A DNA stretch of 32,000 nucleotides from Bellilinea caldifistulae (GTDB taxonomy: Bacteria > Chloroflexota > Anaerolineae > Anaerolineales > Anaerolineaceae): positions 90,001-122,000 of the forward strand of contig NZ_LGHJ01000016.1 of NCBI RefSeq assembly GCF_001306055.1, written 5' to 3'. Positions 16,751 through 25,840 of the stretch are shown here, piece by piece. How positions within the stretch are numbered: the first letter of the stretch is position 1; every line of letters starts with the position of its first letter. The position numbers and the translations under genes are program-made. The notes beneath the pieces were generated by a model, which worked only from the letters and a program-made list of their open reading frames with translations, was not told where the DNA came from and ran no database searches.

Positions 16751-17671
16751 ATGATGAATTTTCGCGTTGTTTTCATGGGTTCGCCAGAATTTGCCATCCC
16801 CACCTTGAGGTTGCTAGCCCAAAATTATCCTGTGGTGGGTGTGATTACCCAGCCCGACCGTCCATCCGGTCGTGGACGAACCCTGACCCCCCCGCCGATT
16901 AAAGTCACAGCACAGCAATTGGGAATTGAAACCATCCAGCCGCATCGTTTGAAAGACCCCGGAGTATGGGAGAAGCTGATTGAATGGTCGCCGGATGTGA
17001 TTGTGGTGGCGGCTTTCGGACAGATTCTCCGGCAAAATGTGCTGGATTTACCACGATTTGGCTGTGTCAATGTTCACGCTTCACTACTCCCTCGTTGGCG
17101 AGGGGCTGCGCCAATCCAGGCGTCAATCCTGCATGGAGATGCGGTAAGCGGTGTAACAATCATGAAGATGGATGCCGGTATTGACACCGGGCCAATTCTT
17201 AACCAGCGAAGTATACCCATTCAAGCAGACGATGATGCAGATAGCCTGAGTAAAAAACTGGCTACCCTTGGAGCGGAGCTGTTGATGGAGACGCTACCTG
17301 CCTATCTTCGGGGAGAAATTGAACCCCGAATTCAGGATGAGTCTCGGGCAACTTATGCGCCGATGTTGAAAAAAGAAGAAGGGGAATTGAATTTTTCGCA
17401 GCCAGCCGAATATCTTGAAAGGAAGATCAGAGCTTATTTCCCGTGGCCGGGTGCTTTTATGGTATGGGACGGCCAATTATTGAAGGTCAAGCGAGCCTTT
17501 GTCCTTCAACAAAACCTGATTCCGGCGGGTAAGCGGTCGGTAGTGGATGGACTGCCTGCAATCGGCACGGTGGATGGAGTACTGGTTTTGCGCGAAGTTC
17601 AACCGGCGGGTAAGAAATGGATGAGCGGAGAAGAATTTTTACGCGGTGCGCGCCATTGGCGCGAAATTTAA
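16751..17671 (+). CDS. fmt: Methionyl-tRNA formyltransferase
   Basis: Motifs present: FMGSPEFA, ITQPDRPSGRG, VNVHASLLPRWRGAAPIQ and a C-terminal LQPAGKK-type block. I prefer ATG 16751/16754 over the track's GTG 16733, because canonical Fmt begins a few residues before the (R)VVFMG strand. Confidence 0.9.
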   Translation: MMNFRVVFMGSPEFAIPTLRLLAQNYPVVGVITQPDRPSGRGRTLTPPPIKVTAQQLGIETIQPHRLKDPGVWEKLIEWSPDVIVVAAFGQILRQNVLDLPRFGCVNVHASLLPRWRGAAPIQASILHGDAVSGVTIMKMDAGIDTGPILNQRSIPIQADDDADSLSKKLATLGAELLMETLPAYLRGEIEPRIQDESRATYAPMLKKEEGELNFSQPAEYLERKIRAYFPWPGAFMVWDGQLLKVKRAFVLQQNLIPAGKRSVVDGLPAIGTVDGVLVLREVQPAGKKWMSGEEFLRGARHWREI

Positions 17672-17693
17672 TCGAATGGGTGAGTAAAATCAA

Positions 17694-18740
17694 ATGAATT
17701 ATTTGATATTTGGAATGGGGGCTATTGGAACTTATATTGGAGGTAGTCTGAAACTAAGCGGTGAGAGAGTTTTTTATCTTGAAAGAGCCGAAGTCGCCAG
17801 GCGATTTAATCAGCAACCGCTTGTAGTAGAGATTGACGGGAAAGAACAACCCTTCGTGCCGGATATGCTCAGCGATTCTTTGGAAGCCATACTGGAGCGC
17901 TATACTGTAGATGTGGCGGTGGTAGCGGTCAAGTCCTTTGATACGCCTGCCGTTGCTTCCCTGTTGAAGCCGTACTGCAATCAGGTATCAGCTGTTCTCA
18001 GCTTACAAAATGGGGTCGAAAACGAAGAAATTCTGGCTGAGTTTGTGGGCAATGAGCGGGTTCTGGCTGGGACGTTGACCAGTGCGGTAGCAAAGAAGGA
18101 AACCGGGCGGGTTGTCCTTGAGAAGAAGCGAGGGGTTGGAATTGCTGGGGATCGCCCGCTATCGAGAAAAATCGTCGAGTCGTTCAACCGGGCCGGTTTG
18201 AATGCAAAATTGTTCCCGAATGCTGGGGAGATGAAGTGGTCAAAATTAATTACGAACCTCCTTGCCAATGCCTCTTCTGCTATTCTCGATCTGACGCCTG
18301 CTGAAATTTTTTCTCATCCCAAATTGTTCAAGATTGAAACAGAACAGGTGCGGGAGGCGGTGCGGGTCATGTCCAAACTGAATTACCGGGTAATTGACTT
18401 ACCGGGTACACCAGTCCGTTTATTATCGCTATTGTTTCATTCTATCCCTGAGGAAATTGCACGACGGGTTGCGGGCAAAACGCTGGCTGCCGGACGGGGA
18501 GGTAAAATGCCCTCATTCCACGTAGATTTGTATCGCGGACACCGACCGCTGGAAGTGGATTACCTGAATGGCGCAGTTGTGCGGTTTGGGGAACGGCTTG
18601 GGGTTGCCACACCCGTAAATTTATTTTTAAATGAAGCCCTCTTGTCAATTGCCGAAAGACCACTTGAAACGAATATTTACCGCAAAAATCCTGACAGGTT
18701 GATTGCGGTTTTATCGGAAAGAGTGAGGTTATTCTCATGA
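17694..18740 (+). CDS. Ketopantoate reductase (2-dehydropantoate 2-reductase) family oxidoreductase
   Basis: A Rossmann motif (IFGMGAIGTYIGGSL), LQNGVENEE, WSKLITNLLANASSAIL and EVDYLNGAVVRFGERLGVATPVN match the ApbA/PanE family layout. True substrate specificity is not inferable. Confidence 0.8.
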   Translation: MNYLIFGMGAIGTYIGGSLKLSGERVFYLERAEVARRFNQQPLVVEIDGKEQPFVPDMLSDSLEAILERYTVDVAVVAVKSFDTPAVASLLKPYCNQVSAVLSLQNGVENEEILAEFVGNERVLAGTLTSAVAKKETGRVVLEKKRGVGIAGDRPLSRKIVESFNRAGLNAKLFPNAGEMKWSKLITNLLANASSAILDLTPAEIFSHPKLFKIETEQVREAVRVMSKLNYRVIDLPGTPVRLLSLLFHSIPEEIARRVAGKTLAAGRGGKMPSFHVDLYRGHRPLEVDYLNGAVVRFGERLGVATPVNLFLNEALLSIAERPLETNIYRKNPDRLIAVLSERVRLFS

Positions 18741-20146
18741 ATATTCCAGAATGGGTGAAAGACAGCATCTTTTATCAAATTTTTCCGGATCGGTTCGCGA
18801 ACGGTGATTTGACCAATGATCCGCCCAATGTTCAAGCGTGGGGCAGCCCTCCCGATCCAATTCACTTTCAGGGAGGAGATCTGACCGGGATTGAGCAAAA
18901 ATTGGATTACCTGCAGGATTTGGGCATCAACGCCATTTACTTGAATCCCATATTTCTTTCTCCATCCACGCATCGCTATAATACAGTGGATTACTACCGG
19001 ATTGATCCCAAGTTAGGCACATTGGATGATTTTCGTCGTTTGCTGAAAAAAGTGCATGAGCGGGGAATGCGACTGATCCTTGATGGTGTGTTCAATCACT
19101 GCGGGCGGGGATTTTTCGCGTTCAATGACGTATTGGAAAATGGCAAGAATTCCCCCTATATAGATTGGTTTTTTGTGAGGGGATTCCCCTTGAATGCGTA
19201 TAGCCGAGGAAAGGCAACTCGCTACGAGGGTTGGTGGGGTTTCAAAAGTTTACCAAAATTGAATACGCATCAACCTGCCGTTCGACGTTACATTTACGAG
19301 GTTGCCCGATATTGGGTGGAAGAGGGAATTGACGGCTGGCGTTTAGATGTCCCCAACGAGATTGATGACGATGAATTCTGGGCAGAATTTCGGCAGGTTG
19401 TTAAATCGGCAAATCCTAATGCCTATCTGGTGGGTGAAATTTGGGATTTACTGCCTCGTTGGGTAAATGACAATCACTTTGATGGTGTCATGCATTATCC
19501 TTTACGCTCGGCTATTCTGGATGTGCTTCGGGGTAAGACCGGCATCAACGATTTTTATGCACGCCTGCTGCAAATTGAACAAACCTACGGGCAGGAGAGC
19601 TTGTTTGGTTTGTATTTGCTACTTGGTTCTCATGATACGGAGCGAGTAAAAACACTCCTCAACGGAGATGCCCAAAAACTGCGTCTGGCTTATCTGCTGT
19701 TATTTGCTTTTCCCGGAACTCCCTCGATTTATTATGGGGATGAAGTTGGAATGGAGGGCGGTCGAGATCCGGATTGCCGTGGGGCTTTTCCGTGGGACGA
19801 AAGTGAATGGGATCATGATTTGCGCCAATGGGTTCAGAAGTTGATTGAAATTCGCCGGCAGACACCCCTTTTGAGGCGGGGAAAGTGGAAACTTCTTGAA
19901 CCCGCCAATTGTGACGGGATTGTACGCATAATTCGAGAAGGCGGCGGCGAGCAATTATTCATTCTAGCCAATCTTAATTCTGAACCCTGCAGGGTTAAAA
20001 TTCCGACCGCAAGCGATGACCCGACGGTAAATAAAAACTTTCGGGATTTGCTCGGCAATCAATTTTCTGTCGTTGTCAATCACAATCAGGTTGAGATTAC
20101 CTTACCCGGTTTAAGCGGGGGCTATTTTTCATCCGGTCTTCTTTGA
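18737..20146 (+). CDS. GH13 alpha-amylase-family glycosidase (neopullulanase / cyclomaltodextrinase-like catalytic core)
   Basis: GH13 regions I-IV are present: DGVFNHCG, GWRLDVPNE, VGEIWD, LGSHDTER. The N-terminal FYQIFPDRFANGD block is also present. The ATG overlaps the upstream stop (ATGA). Confidence 0.9.
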   Translation: MNIPEWVKDSIFYQIFPDRFANGDLTNDPPNVQAWGSPPDPIHFQGGDLTGIEQKLDYLQDLGINAIYLNPIFLSPSTHRYNTVDYYRIDPKLGTLDDFRRLLKKVHERGMRLILDGVFNHCGRGFFAFNDVLENGKNSPYIDWFFVRGFPLNAYSRGKATRYEGWWGFKSLPKLNTHQPAVRRYIYEVARYWVEEGIDGWRLDVPNEIDDDEFWAEFRQVVKSANPNAYLVGEIWDLLPRWVNDNHFDGVMHYPLRSAILDVLRGKTGINDFYARLLQIEQTYGQESLFGLYLLLGSHDTERVKTLLNGDAQKLRLAYLLLFAFPGTPSIYYGDEVGMEGGRDPDCRGAFPWDESEWDHDLRQWVQKLIEIRRQTPLLRRGKWKLLEPANCDGIVRIIREGGGEQLFILANLNSEPCRVKIPTASDDPTVNKNFRDLLGNQFSVVVNHNQVEITLPGLSGGYFSSGLL

Positions 20147-20557
20147 TTCTTTATCCGTTACCCAGCCGATTTCTTCAGCTGCCATAAACAGGTCAGTTGC
20201 GGTAATCATTCCAATCAATTCATTTTGATCATCAACCACCGGTAAATGATGGACATTCTTTTCCTGCATTTTTCGGGAACATTCTACCAATGTCCAATCC
20301 GGTCGCGCAACATGAACGGGTGTGGTCATAATTTCACGGACAGTTGTTTCGGCAGGATTGCGAGAAGCGGCGATAATTTTATCGCGGATGTCGGTGGTCG
20401 TGACGATTCCATAAATTGTGGTGTGATTGTCTTTGAGGACTACCACCAGACTGTGGATATGCCTGCGACGCATCAGAGTCATTGCGTATGAAACACTGCT
20501 ATCGGCATCAATCACCACAACGGGGCTCGACATCCAATCTCGAACCAGATGACTCAT
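20129..20557 (-). CDS. CBS domain pair protein
   Basis: The 142-aa ORF has two CBS repeats (VRDWMSSPVVVIDADSSVSYAMTLMRRRHIHSLVVV and VREIMTTPVHVARPDWTLVECSRKMQEKNVHHLPVV). A GGAGG SD is present. Its 3' end overlaps the convergent GH13 gene by 18 nt. Confidence 0.9.
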   Translation of the reverse strand: MSHLVRDWMSSPVVVIDADSSVSYAMTLMRRRHIHSLVVVLKDNHTTIYGIVTTTDIRDKIIAASRNPAETTVREIMTTPVHVARPDWTLVECSRKMQEKNVHHLPVVDDQNELIGMITATDLFMAAEEIGWVTDKESKKTG

Positions 20558-20569
20558 CGTTAATACCTC

Positions 20570-20938
20570 CTAAGAAATTCTTGGTTTGGTGTCTTCACGC
20601 GAACGATAAATCTCGTCAGTTTTTGCCGCCATGATGAAATCGTTGCGATGCAACCCATTGATAACGTGTGTCCACCACTCAACAGTTACCTTTCCGTACT
20701 CAATCGTGATTTTGGGGTGATGATCTTGTTCATCCGCTGCCCAACCGACAGCAACGACAAAATCGAGAGCGTCTTTATAACGCTTGAACCGAAATGTCTT
20801 TTGTAATTTCGGCACTTCTTCGGAGTCAATTACCAGCCACCCTTCGGCCAGAGGCAGCAGGTTATCAACCTCATTACCGCTTAGTGGCGGCATACCTTTT
20901 TGTGGTTTTACACACTGTTCACGACTTAAATCACTCAT
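20570..20938 (-). CDS. 4a-hydroxytetrahydrobiopterin (pterin-4a-carbinolamine) dehydratase family protein
   Basis: The block DHHPKITIEYGKVTVEWWTH...GLHRNDF is the PCD signature. The gene lies 12 nt upstream of the CBS gene and 21 nt downstream of the giant GH13-like gene. Confidence 0.85.
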   Translation of the reverse strand: MSDLSREQCVKPQKGMPPLSGNEVDNLLPLAEGWLVIDSEEVPKLQKTFRFKRYKDALDFVVAVGWAADEQDHHPKITIEYGKVTVEWWTHVINGLHRNDFIMAAKTDEIYRSREDTKPRIS

Positions 20939-20959
20939 TGGACACCTTTAACCGAGTCA

Positions 20960-23900
20960 TTAATCCAGTTCTGCAATCTGATCCATTAAGTTGGTAATCT
21001 GAAATCCTGAAAGTTGCTCTGCCTGAAGGAATTTTTGGGCGATTTCATTGGAGGCAAGCAGGGTTTCTAAAATTGAAGCATGGGTTGAGGCAGGTTTTCC
21101 AACCTCATTTATAACAGCCACCCAACTCATCCACCAGATAAAGTTTTTAAAGGCTTCCTGGTTGTACCATAAAACATCCTTGTAACGGTTGACGCCAATA
21201 AAGCGCTGCACTTCCAGATCGGAGAGCCAGAATTCCATGATTCTGGAGAGGGATTGCCCCGCCAGTTTTTCATACCAATCTTGATGGTTGATGATAATCC
21301 TTAGAGTCGGTGGAATCCGCCAGCTGATGGCGCCGTCCACGCCGATGTGATGCGCTGTTTCCATGACGGCATCCATCAACCGCCACTCTTCGATCCACGA
21401 AAGCGTTTGTGAGGGATGTTCTTTTTGATCCTTCAAGAGACCCAATTTGTGAAGGAATGGGTAAACAAAAGCAACCAGAGAAGATTCTTTTGCATTTTTC
21501 AATCCCGTTTGCAAATATTCGAAGGCCCGGGGTGATTGACCACGAATGGGAACGGGGAATATTTTCTGGGGTGATTGGAGATGCAGTAAAAACTCCAATT
21601 GCTTTTGCAGGGTAGTTAGAATCAGTTCCCGGTTGTTTCTGAAACCGGTCATCTGGGTAATTCCGTTCAGAAGTGCTTCGAGCTTTTGAACGGCTTCTGG
21701 TATAAGATGTTCGGGTATTTCAGGTTGCTGCTGACTGACCTGATGATCCAGCAAAAACTGGAGATAACCGGGGTTGACGATTTCTCGCCATGGGCGAAGG
21801 ATGGGAGCCAGTAATAACTCGTGCAATGCCTCTTGAATGTTGGGAACGCCCCGCCCAGCCAGATATTGAGAGAGAGAGCGGTAAGAGCCAAACTCATCAT
21901 CGGGAACTTCTCGGAAATCTGAAAACACGTAGGCTTGATAGGCAGAGAGTTGGATGTGTAACCCTTTTTGAGCCATCTCATCCGCAGGACGGATGTATTC
22001 CATGCTGGTTAAGAGGTCGCGGAAGATCACAAAATGATTTTCCTGCCCCGACAATCCCAGGCCTTCACTCAGAGACTTTTGCGCCAGTTTGGTCGTACCT
22101 TTCTCGCGTGACTTGAAACCAGCCGACCAGCGAATCCAACCTTCTGTTTCGGCAAACTTATTATGGTAAATGACCAAAGCCCGATCCTGACCCAGCCGAT
22201 TTGAATACGCAAAAACATCCTCGTTGACCCAACCCCCGGAGGTGAAAAAGTCGTAAAGCAGAAAATTGTCAACGCCGGCAAATAAGGCACGGCGATGAAG
22301 TAGCGGAAAAATCTGGCGTTTGTGACGTTCGACCAGATAGGGGTCGGGTTTTTCATCCCAGTAGGCTCGGCGAAACTCCATACCGTATTTCTCGGCATAA
22401 CCTTCGATCTGTCCATGTCCGAACATGGGCAAACCCGGCAGGGTGGACATCATTACGCAAATGCCAAAGTACTTATCTCCCTTGCCAAACTGATCCACTG
22501 CAGTTCGTTCATCAGGATTATTCATGAAGTTGACATAACGTTTGAGGATCTCGGGTTCAAACTCAATTGTATTCTTAATCAATTTGCGATAACCGGCATT
22601 GTCTTCATTTCGGAGCATATTCATGAAGGCGGAGTTATAGACACGGTGCATTCCAAGTGTGCGAACAAAGTACCCTTCCATCAACCAGAAAGCTTCTGCC
22701 AAAAGCAGTGTGTCGGGAGCTTCTTTGGCGACGCGATCCACAACCTCCCGCCAGAATTCGGTGGGAAATGCCCGGTCAAAGGCTTCTTTGGTCATGCCAT
22801 GTTCGGCACGGGAAGGAATTGCACCTCCTGTACCGGGTTCGGGAAACCACAGGCGTTGATAGTGGCGTTTGGTAAGGGTCATGGCGGCATCGAAACGAAT
22901 AATGGGGAAACGGCGTGCCACCTCCAGAATGGTTTGTATGACCGTTTCACGTACCTGAGGATTGAGGTAATTCAATTGGGCGGTATCATTCCAGGGCATA
23001 CTCGTGCCGTCATTGCCATGGTAAATAAACTGAGTAGCGCCGGTGTTTTTATCTCTGCGTTTGAACACGACCGCTGCATCGGTACGGGTGTAGTAATGGT
23101 CTTCCAGTAAAATTTCAATGTTTGGATTGCTGGAAAGGTCGGGACCGCTAAAAGTGTAGGATGGAAATGGGCTGTAATCCAGTGAGATAAACCAGTCAGG
23201 ATGCTCAATCACCCAGGAAGAGTCAATTCCCATGTGGTTGGGCACCATATCGGAAGCCAGACGGATGCCGTATTTCCAGGCCCGCTCACGCAAGGTTTGA
23301 TAGGCCTGTTCACCGCCTAAATCTGCGGCGATGGTGTAGCCAGCCAGAGAATAGGCGGACGAAATGGCTTCTGGGTTGCCGCACAATTGCTTAATGCGAG
23401 CGGAGGCTTTACTACGCTCCCACAATCCAATCAACCACAACCCGCTAAAGCCCCACTCAGCAAGTTGAGCCAGTTCTTCTTCGGGGATCTGATCGAGCCG
23501 ACTGATTGGACGCTCATATTTTTTGGAAAGTTGATCCAGCCAGACGTATGTATTTTTTGCCATTAACACCAGCCGGGGCATCCACTCCCGATCTGGACTG
23601 AAGTTCTCGGGTTCGCCCTCGCCGGATAGACGATCGTATAACGGAATTTCTACTGGCCCAGGCCCAAGAAACGAGATTTTTTCTTCTTCTTTGATAAAGT
23701 CCAAACTGCTCAGCAAGCGGTAAAGGTATTTTCCAAGCAAATCTCCCCAACGTTGACGGATGTATTCGAGCTGTTCAAATAAAGAATATGGATGGGCAAT
23801 GGCAGGTGCCCTTAGCATATCTATTAAATTTTGCAAATCAGGTCCAAAAGGTGGTTGCTGGTCGAAAAATTGATATAACTCCTGGATGGCTTTATTGTAA

Positions 23901-24424
23901 ACGGTCAATTGAGACAGGTTTTCGTCATCAAAGAGTTCCAGGTATGGATTCACCGCCGGGTTTTTGTTGTTCACCCAGAGGAGGAGAATTTCTTCAAGGG
24001 TGTTGGCACGGTTTGATGCGCCATTGGTGAATTGTTTGAGGTAATCCTCCGGGCTAACTTCCCCCTTATAGACGGACAGTGGGGGAAATTCCATCGTAAA
24101 TGCCAGTAAAAGTTCGTCCACCTTCTCTTTTCCAAGAACTCTTTCCAGATCGCCGAGAGCCTGTTCCATTACCTGTGGGTTTTTTTGCTGCCGGTAAAGA
24201 AACGCAACTAAATGTAAAATTTCATCTTCCAATCCCAAAGCGTTAATTTGGCCTGCTCTAACAGCGCTTTCCGGGTAATTGATCAGGTCCCGATATGCAT
24301 TCATTTTTTGGGCAAATTGCCGGGCAGCGTGAAAGTTGGCAAAGATCACATTGCCGTTGAAGGAGAATAGACTCTCATCAAACTGATAGCGGTCGCGCGC
24401 CTGCCTGGAAATGTGAAATTCCAT
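20960..24424 (-). CDS. 1154-aa alpha-amylase-superfamily (GH13-like) protein with large unassigned N- and C-terminal regions
   Basis: The central core (~aa 310-700) has GH13-like regions: I LASDMVPNHMG, II FPIIRFDAAMTL, III LLLAEAFW, IV FMNNPDE (Pro replaces the usual His). The ~300 aa N-terminal and ~450 aa C-terminal regions have no motifs I recognise. An AAGGAG SD lies 7 nt upstream. Confidence 0.75.
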   Translation of the reverse strand: MEFHISRQARDRYQFDESLFSFNGNVIFANFHAARQFAQKMNAYRDLINYPESAVRAGQINALGLEDEILHLVAFLYRQQKNPQVMEQALGDLERVLGKEKVDELLLAFTMEFPPLSVYKGEVSPEDYLKQFTNGASNRANTLEEILLLWVNNKNPAVNPYLELFDDENLSQLTVYNKAIQELYQFFDQQPPFGPDLQNLIDMLRAPAIAHPYSLFEQLEYIRQRWGDLLGKYLYRLLSSLDFIKEEEKISFLGPGPVEIPLYDRLSGEGEPENFSPDREWMPRLVLMAKNTYVWLDQLSKKYERPISRLDQIPEEELAQLAEWGFSGLWLIGLWERSKASARIKQLCGNPEAISSAYSLAGYTIAADLGGEQAYQTLRERAWKYGIRLASDMVPNHMGIDSSWVIEHPDWFISLDYSPFPSYTFSGPDLSSNPNIEILLEDHYYTRTDAAVVFKRRDKNTGATQFIYHGNDGTSMPWNDTAQLNYLNPQVRETVIQTILEVARRFPIIRFDAAMTLTKRHYQRLWFPEPGTGGAIPSRAEHGMTKEAFDRAFPTEFWREVVDRVAKEAPDTLLLAEAFWLMEGYFVRTLGMHRVYNSAFMNMLRNEDNAGYRKLIKNTIEFEPEILKRYVNFMNNPDERTAVDQFGKGDKYFGICVMMSTLPGLPMFGHGQIEGYAEKYGMEFRRAYWDEKPDPYLVERHKRQIFPLLHRRALFAGVDNFLLYDFFTSGGWVNEDVFAYSNRLGQDRALVIYHNKFAETEGWIRWSAGFKSREKGTTKLAQKSLSEGLGLSGQENHFVIFRDLLTSMEYIRPADEMAQKGLHIQLSAYQAYVFSDFREVPDDEFGSYRSLSQYLAGRGVPNIQEALHELLLAPILRPWREIVNPGYLQFLLDHQVSQQQPEIPEHLIPEAVQKLEALLNGITQMTGFRNNRELILTTLQKQLEFLLHLQSPQKIFPVPIRGQSPRAFEYLQTGLKNAKESSLVAFVYPFLHKLGLLKDQKEHPSQTLSWIEEWRLMDAVMETAHHIGVDGAISWRIPPTLRIIINHQDWYEKLAGQSLSRIMEFWLSDLEVQRFIGVNRYKDVLWYNQEAFKNFIWWMSWVAVINEVGKPASTHASILETLLASNEIAQKFLQAEQLSGFQITNLMDQIAELD

Positions 24425-24465
24425 GAAAATCTCCTTGGGAATAGAAACTGAGGTGGAGTAACTGT

Positions 24466-24471
24466 ATTATA
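24466..24471 (-). promoter_or_regulatory. Candidate -10 hexamer (TATAAT on the minus strand) for the giant GH13-like gene operon
   Basis: The minus strand reads GGGTATAATAC ~40 nt upstream of the ATG at 24424. No convincing -35 is present. Confidence 0.3.
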
Positions 24472-24536
24472 CCCTTATTCCATCCTTTGATGATCAGGAT
24501 GGTTCTATTGTATCCATTTATCCCCAAAGAAGAAAA

Positions 24537-24565
24537 AGGCAGAGAGGTTTTGATCCCCTCTGCCT
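24537..24565 (-). terminator. Intrinsic terminator after the thiolase gene
   Basis: AGGCAGAGAGG-ttttgat-CCCCTCTGCCT forms a ~10-bp stem with one mismatch. On the minus strand it is followed by TTTTTCTTCTTTGGGG. It starts 8 nt after the stop at 24573. Confidence 0.6.
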
Positions 24566-24572
24566 GCTTCGA

Positions 24573-25733
24573 TCAATTCATGCGGCCAAAAATGTGAGTA
24601 ATGATGTTGGAGCCACTTCCACCAATATTCTGCGTCATGCCAATTCGTGCATCTGGAACCTGGGTTTGACCGGCTTCGCCGCGTAATTGTTGTACCACTT
24701 CCACAATTTGGTACATTCCGGTTGCTCCAACGGGGTGGCCGCGGGCTTTCAAACCTCCCCGGGTAGCGATGGGGATACGTCCATCGGGACGGATTTCTCC
24801 ATCAAGCGCCAGTTGAGGGCCTTTACCTTTTTCTGCAAAACCACAGGCTTCGAGAGATAGAGCAGCCATGATGGTAAAGGCATCGTGAAGTTCGAAGACA
24901 TCAATCTGTTCAGGGCCGATGCCGGCCTGGCTGTAAGCCTGTTTTACAGATTTTTCGGCTGCGCTGAGCCACAGAGGAATCTTACGGGAGTGGACTGCCA
25001 TTGTGTCGGTTGCAGCACCAGCACCTAATACTTTAATGATTGGACGGGGGGGAAAACGGTTTAGAAGCTCAACCGGCACCAAAACGGCGGCAGCCGCGCC
25101 ATCACCAACCGGCGAAGCATCCATCAAATTGATGGGTGGGGTGATCATGGCTGCTTTCAAATAGTCTTTTTCGGTTAAGGGCGAGCGAAGTCGCGCGTTT
25201 GGGTTGCTGACAGCATTATTGTGAGCATTGATCGAAAAAGGCGCAAAATGATGATGTTCCCAACCGTATTCATACATGTAACGGCGCATGATCAGGGCGT
25301 TGATGGCGACGAAAGAAAGGCCTTGTCCGGCTTCCCAATCCGCATCGGCTGCGGTTGCCAGTTCGGCGGTGATTTCTGCGCCAGGGGAGTCGGTCATCTT
25401 CTCTACGCCGACAGCCAGCGCAATATCCATAAAGCCGGAAGCAACTGCCATCAATGCCGAGCGAAAAGCAGCCGCTCCCGAACTGCAGGCTGATTCAACG
25501 TGCATGGCATCGGCATAACGTACGCCAATCCAATCTGCGACAAATGCGCCCAGCTGCTGCTGGCGGTTGGCGGAGCCGGACATCATGTTGCCGACAAAAA
25601 CGCCGTCAACACTGTTAATACCGGCATCTTGAAGAGCCGCCAGGGCGGCTTCTCCAGCAATTTCTCTGAGGGACTTATCCCAGTGTTCATCAATCGAGGT
25701 TTGACCAATTCCCAAAATGGCTACTTCACGCAT
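24573..25733 (-). CDS. Thiolase-domain protein (SCP-x / archaeal-type acetyl-CoA C-acyltransferase-like)
   Basis: The 386-aa ORF has an N-terminal VAILGIGQT block, the active-site Cys context VESACSSGAAAF, and C-terminal GHPVGATG and NIGGSGS blocks. This resembles the non-classical thiolases that usually pair with a DUF35 OB-fold protein. Confidence 0.85.
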   Translation of the reverse strand: MREVAILGIGQTSIDEHWDKSLREIAGEAALAALQDAGINSVDGVFVGNMMSGSANRQQQLGAFVADWIGVRYADAMHVESACSSGAAAFRSALMAVASGFMDIALAVGVEKMTDSPGAEITAELATAADADWEAGQGLSFVAINALIMRRYMYEYGWEHHHFAPFSINAHNNAVSNPNARLRSPLTEKDYLKAAMITPPINLMDASPVGDGAAAAVLVPVELLNRFPPRPIIKVLGAGAATDTMAVHSRKIPLWLSAAEKSVKQAYSQAGIGPEQIDVFELHDAFTIMAALSLEACGFAEKGKGPQLALDGEIRPDGRIPIATRGGLKARGHPVGATGMYQIVEVVQQLRGEAGQTQVPDARIGMTQNIGGSGSNIITHIFGRMN

Positions 25734-25840
25734 AGCATGTTCCTTTTCTCAGTTGATTCAATGCTATTATAGCGATGTTAACTGTCAATCTCTATCAAAT
25801 CCAGCGCGTATAGAACCTTTGAGGTAGTATAATTTCCGCC

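Noticed and set aside
20129-20146. The 18-nt overlap of the 3' ends of the convergent GH13 and CBS genes
   Set aside because: Small convergent overlaps are common in compact genomes. I found no structured element or alternative stop that would suggest anything beyond tight packing.
22322-23110. Long antisense ORFs inside well-supported genes: 262 aa at 22322..23110 (+), 196 aa at 4735..5325 (+), 146 aa at 10412..10852 (-), 141 aa at 11434..11859 (-), and the 126-aa pair at 1961..2468 (-)
   Set aside because: Each lies entirely opposite a gene with strong family motifs. They have no recognisable motifs, are rich in Arg/Gly/Pro/Cys in a way typical of antisense frames, and lack SD sequences. 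They are most likely spurious.
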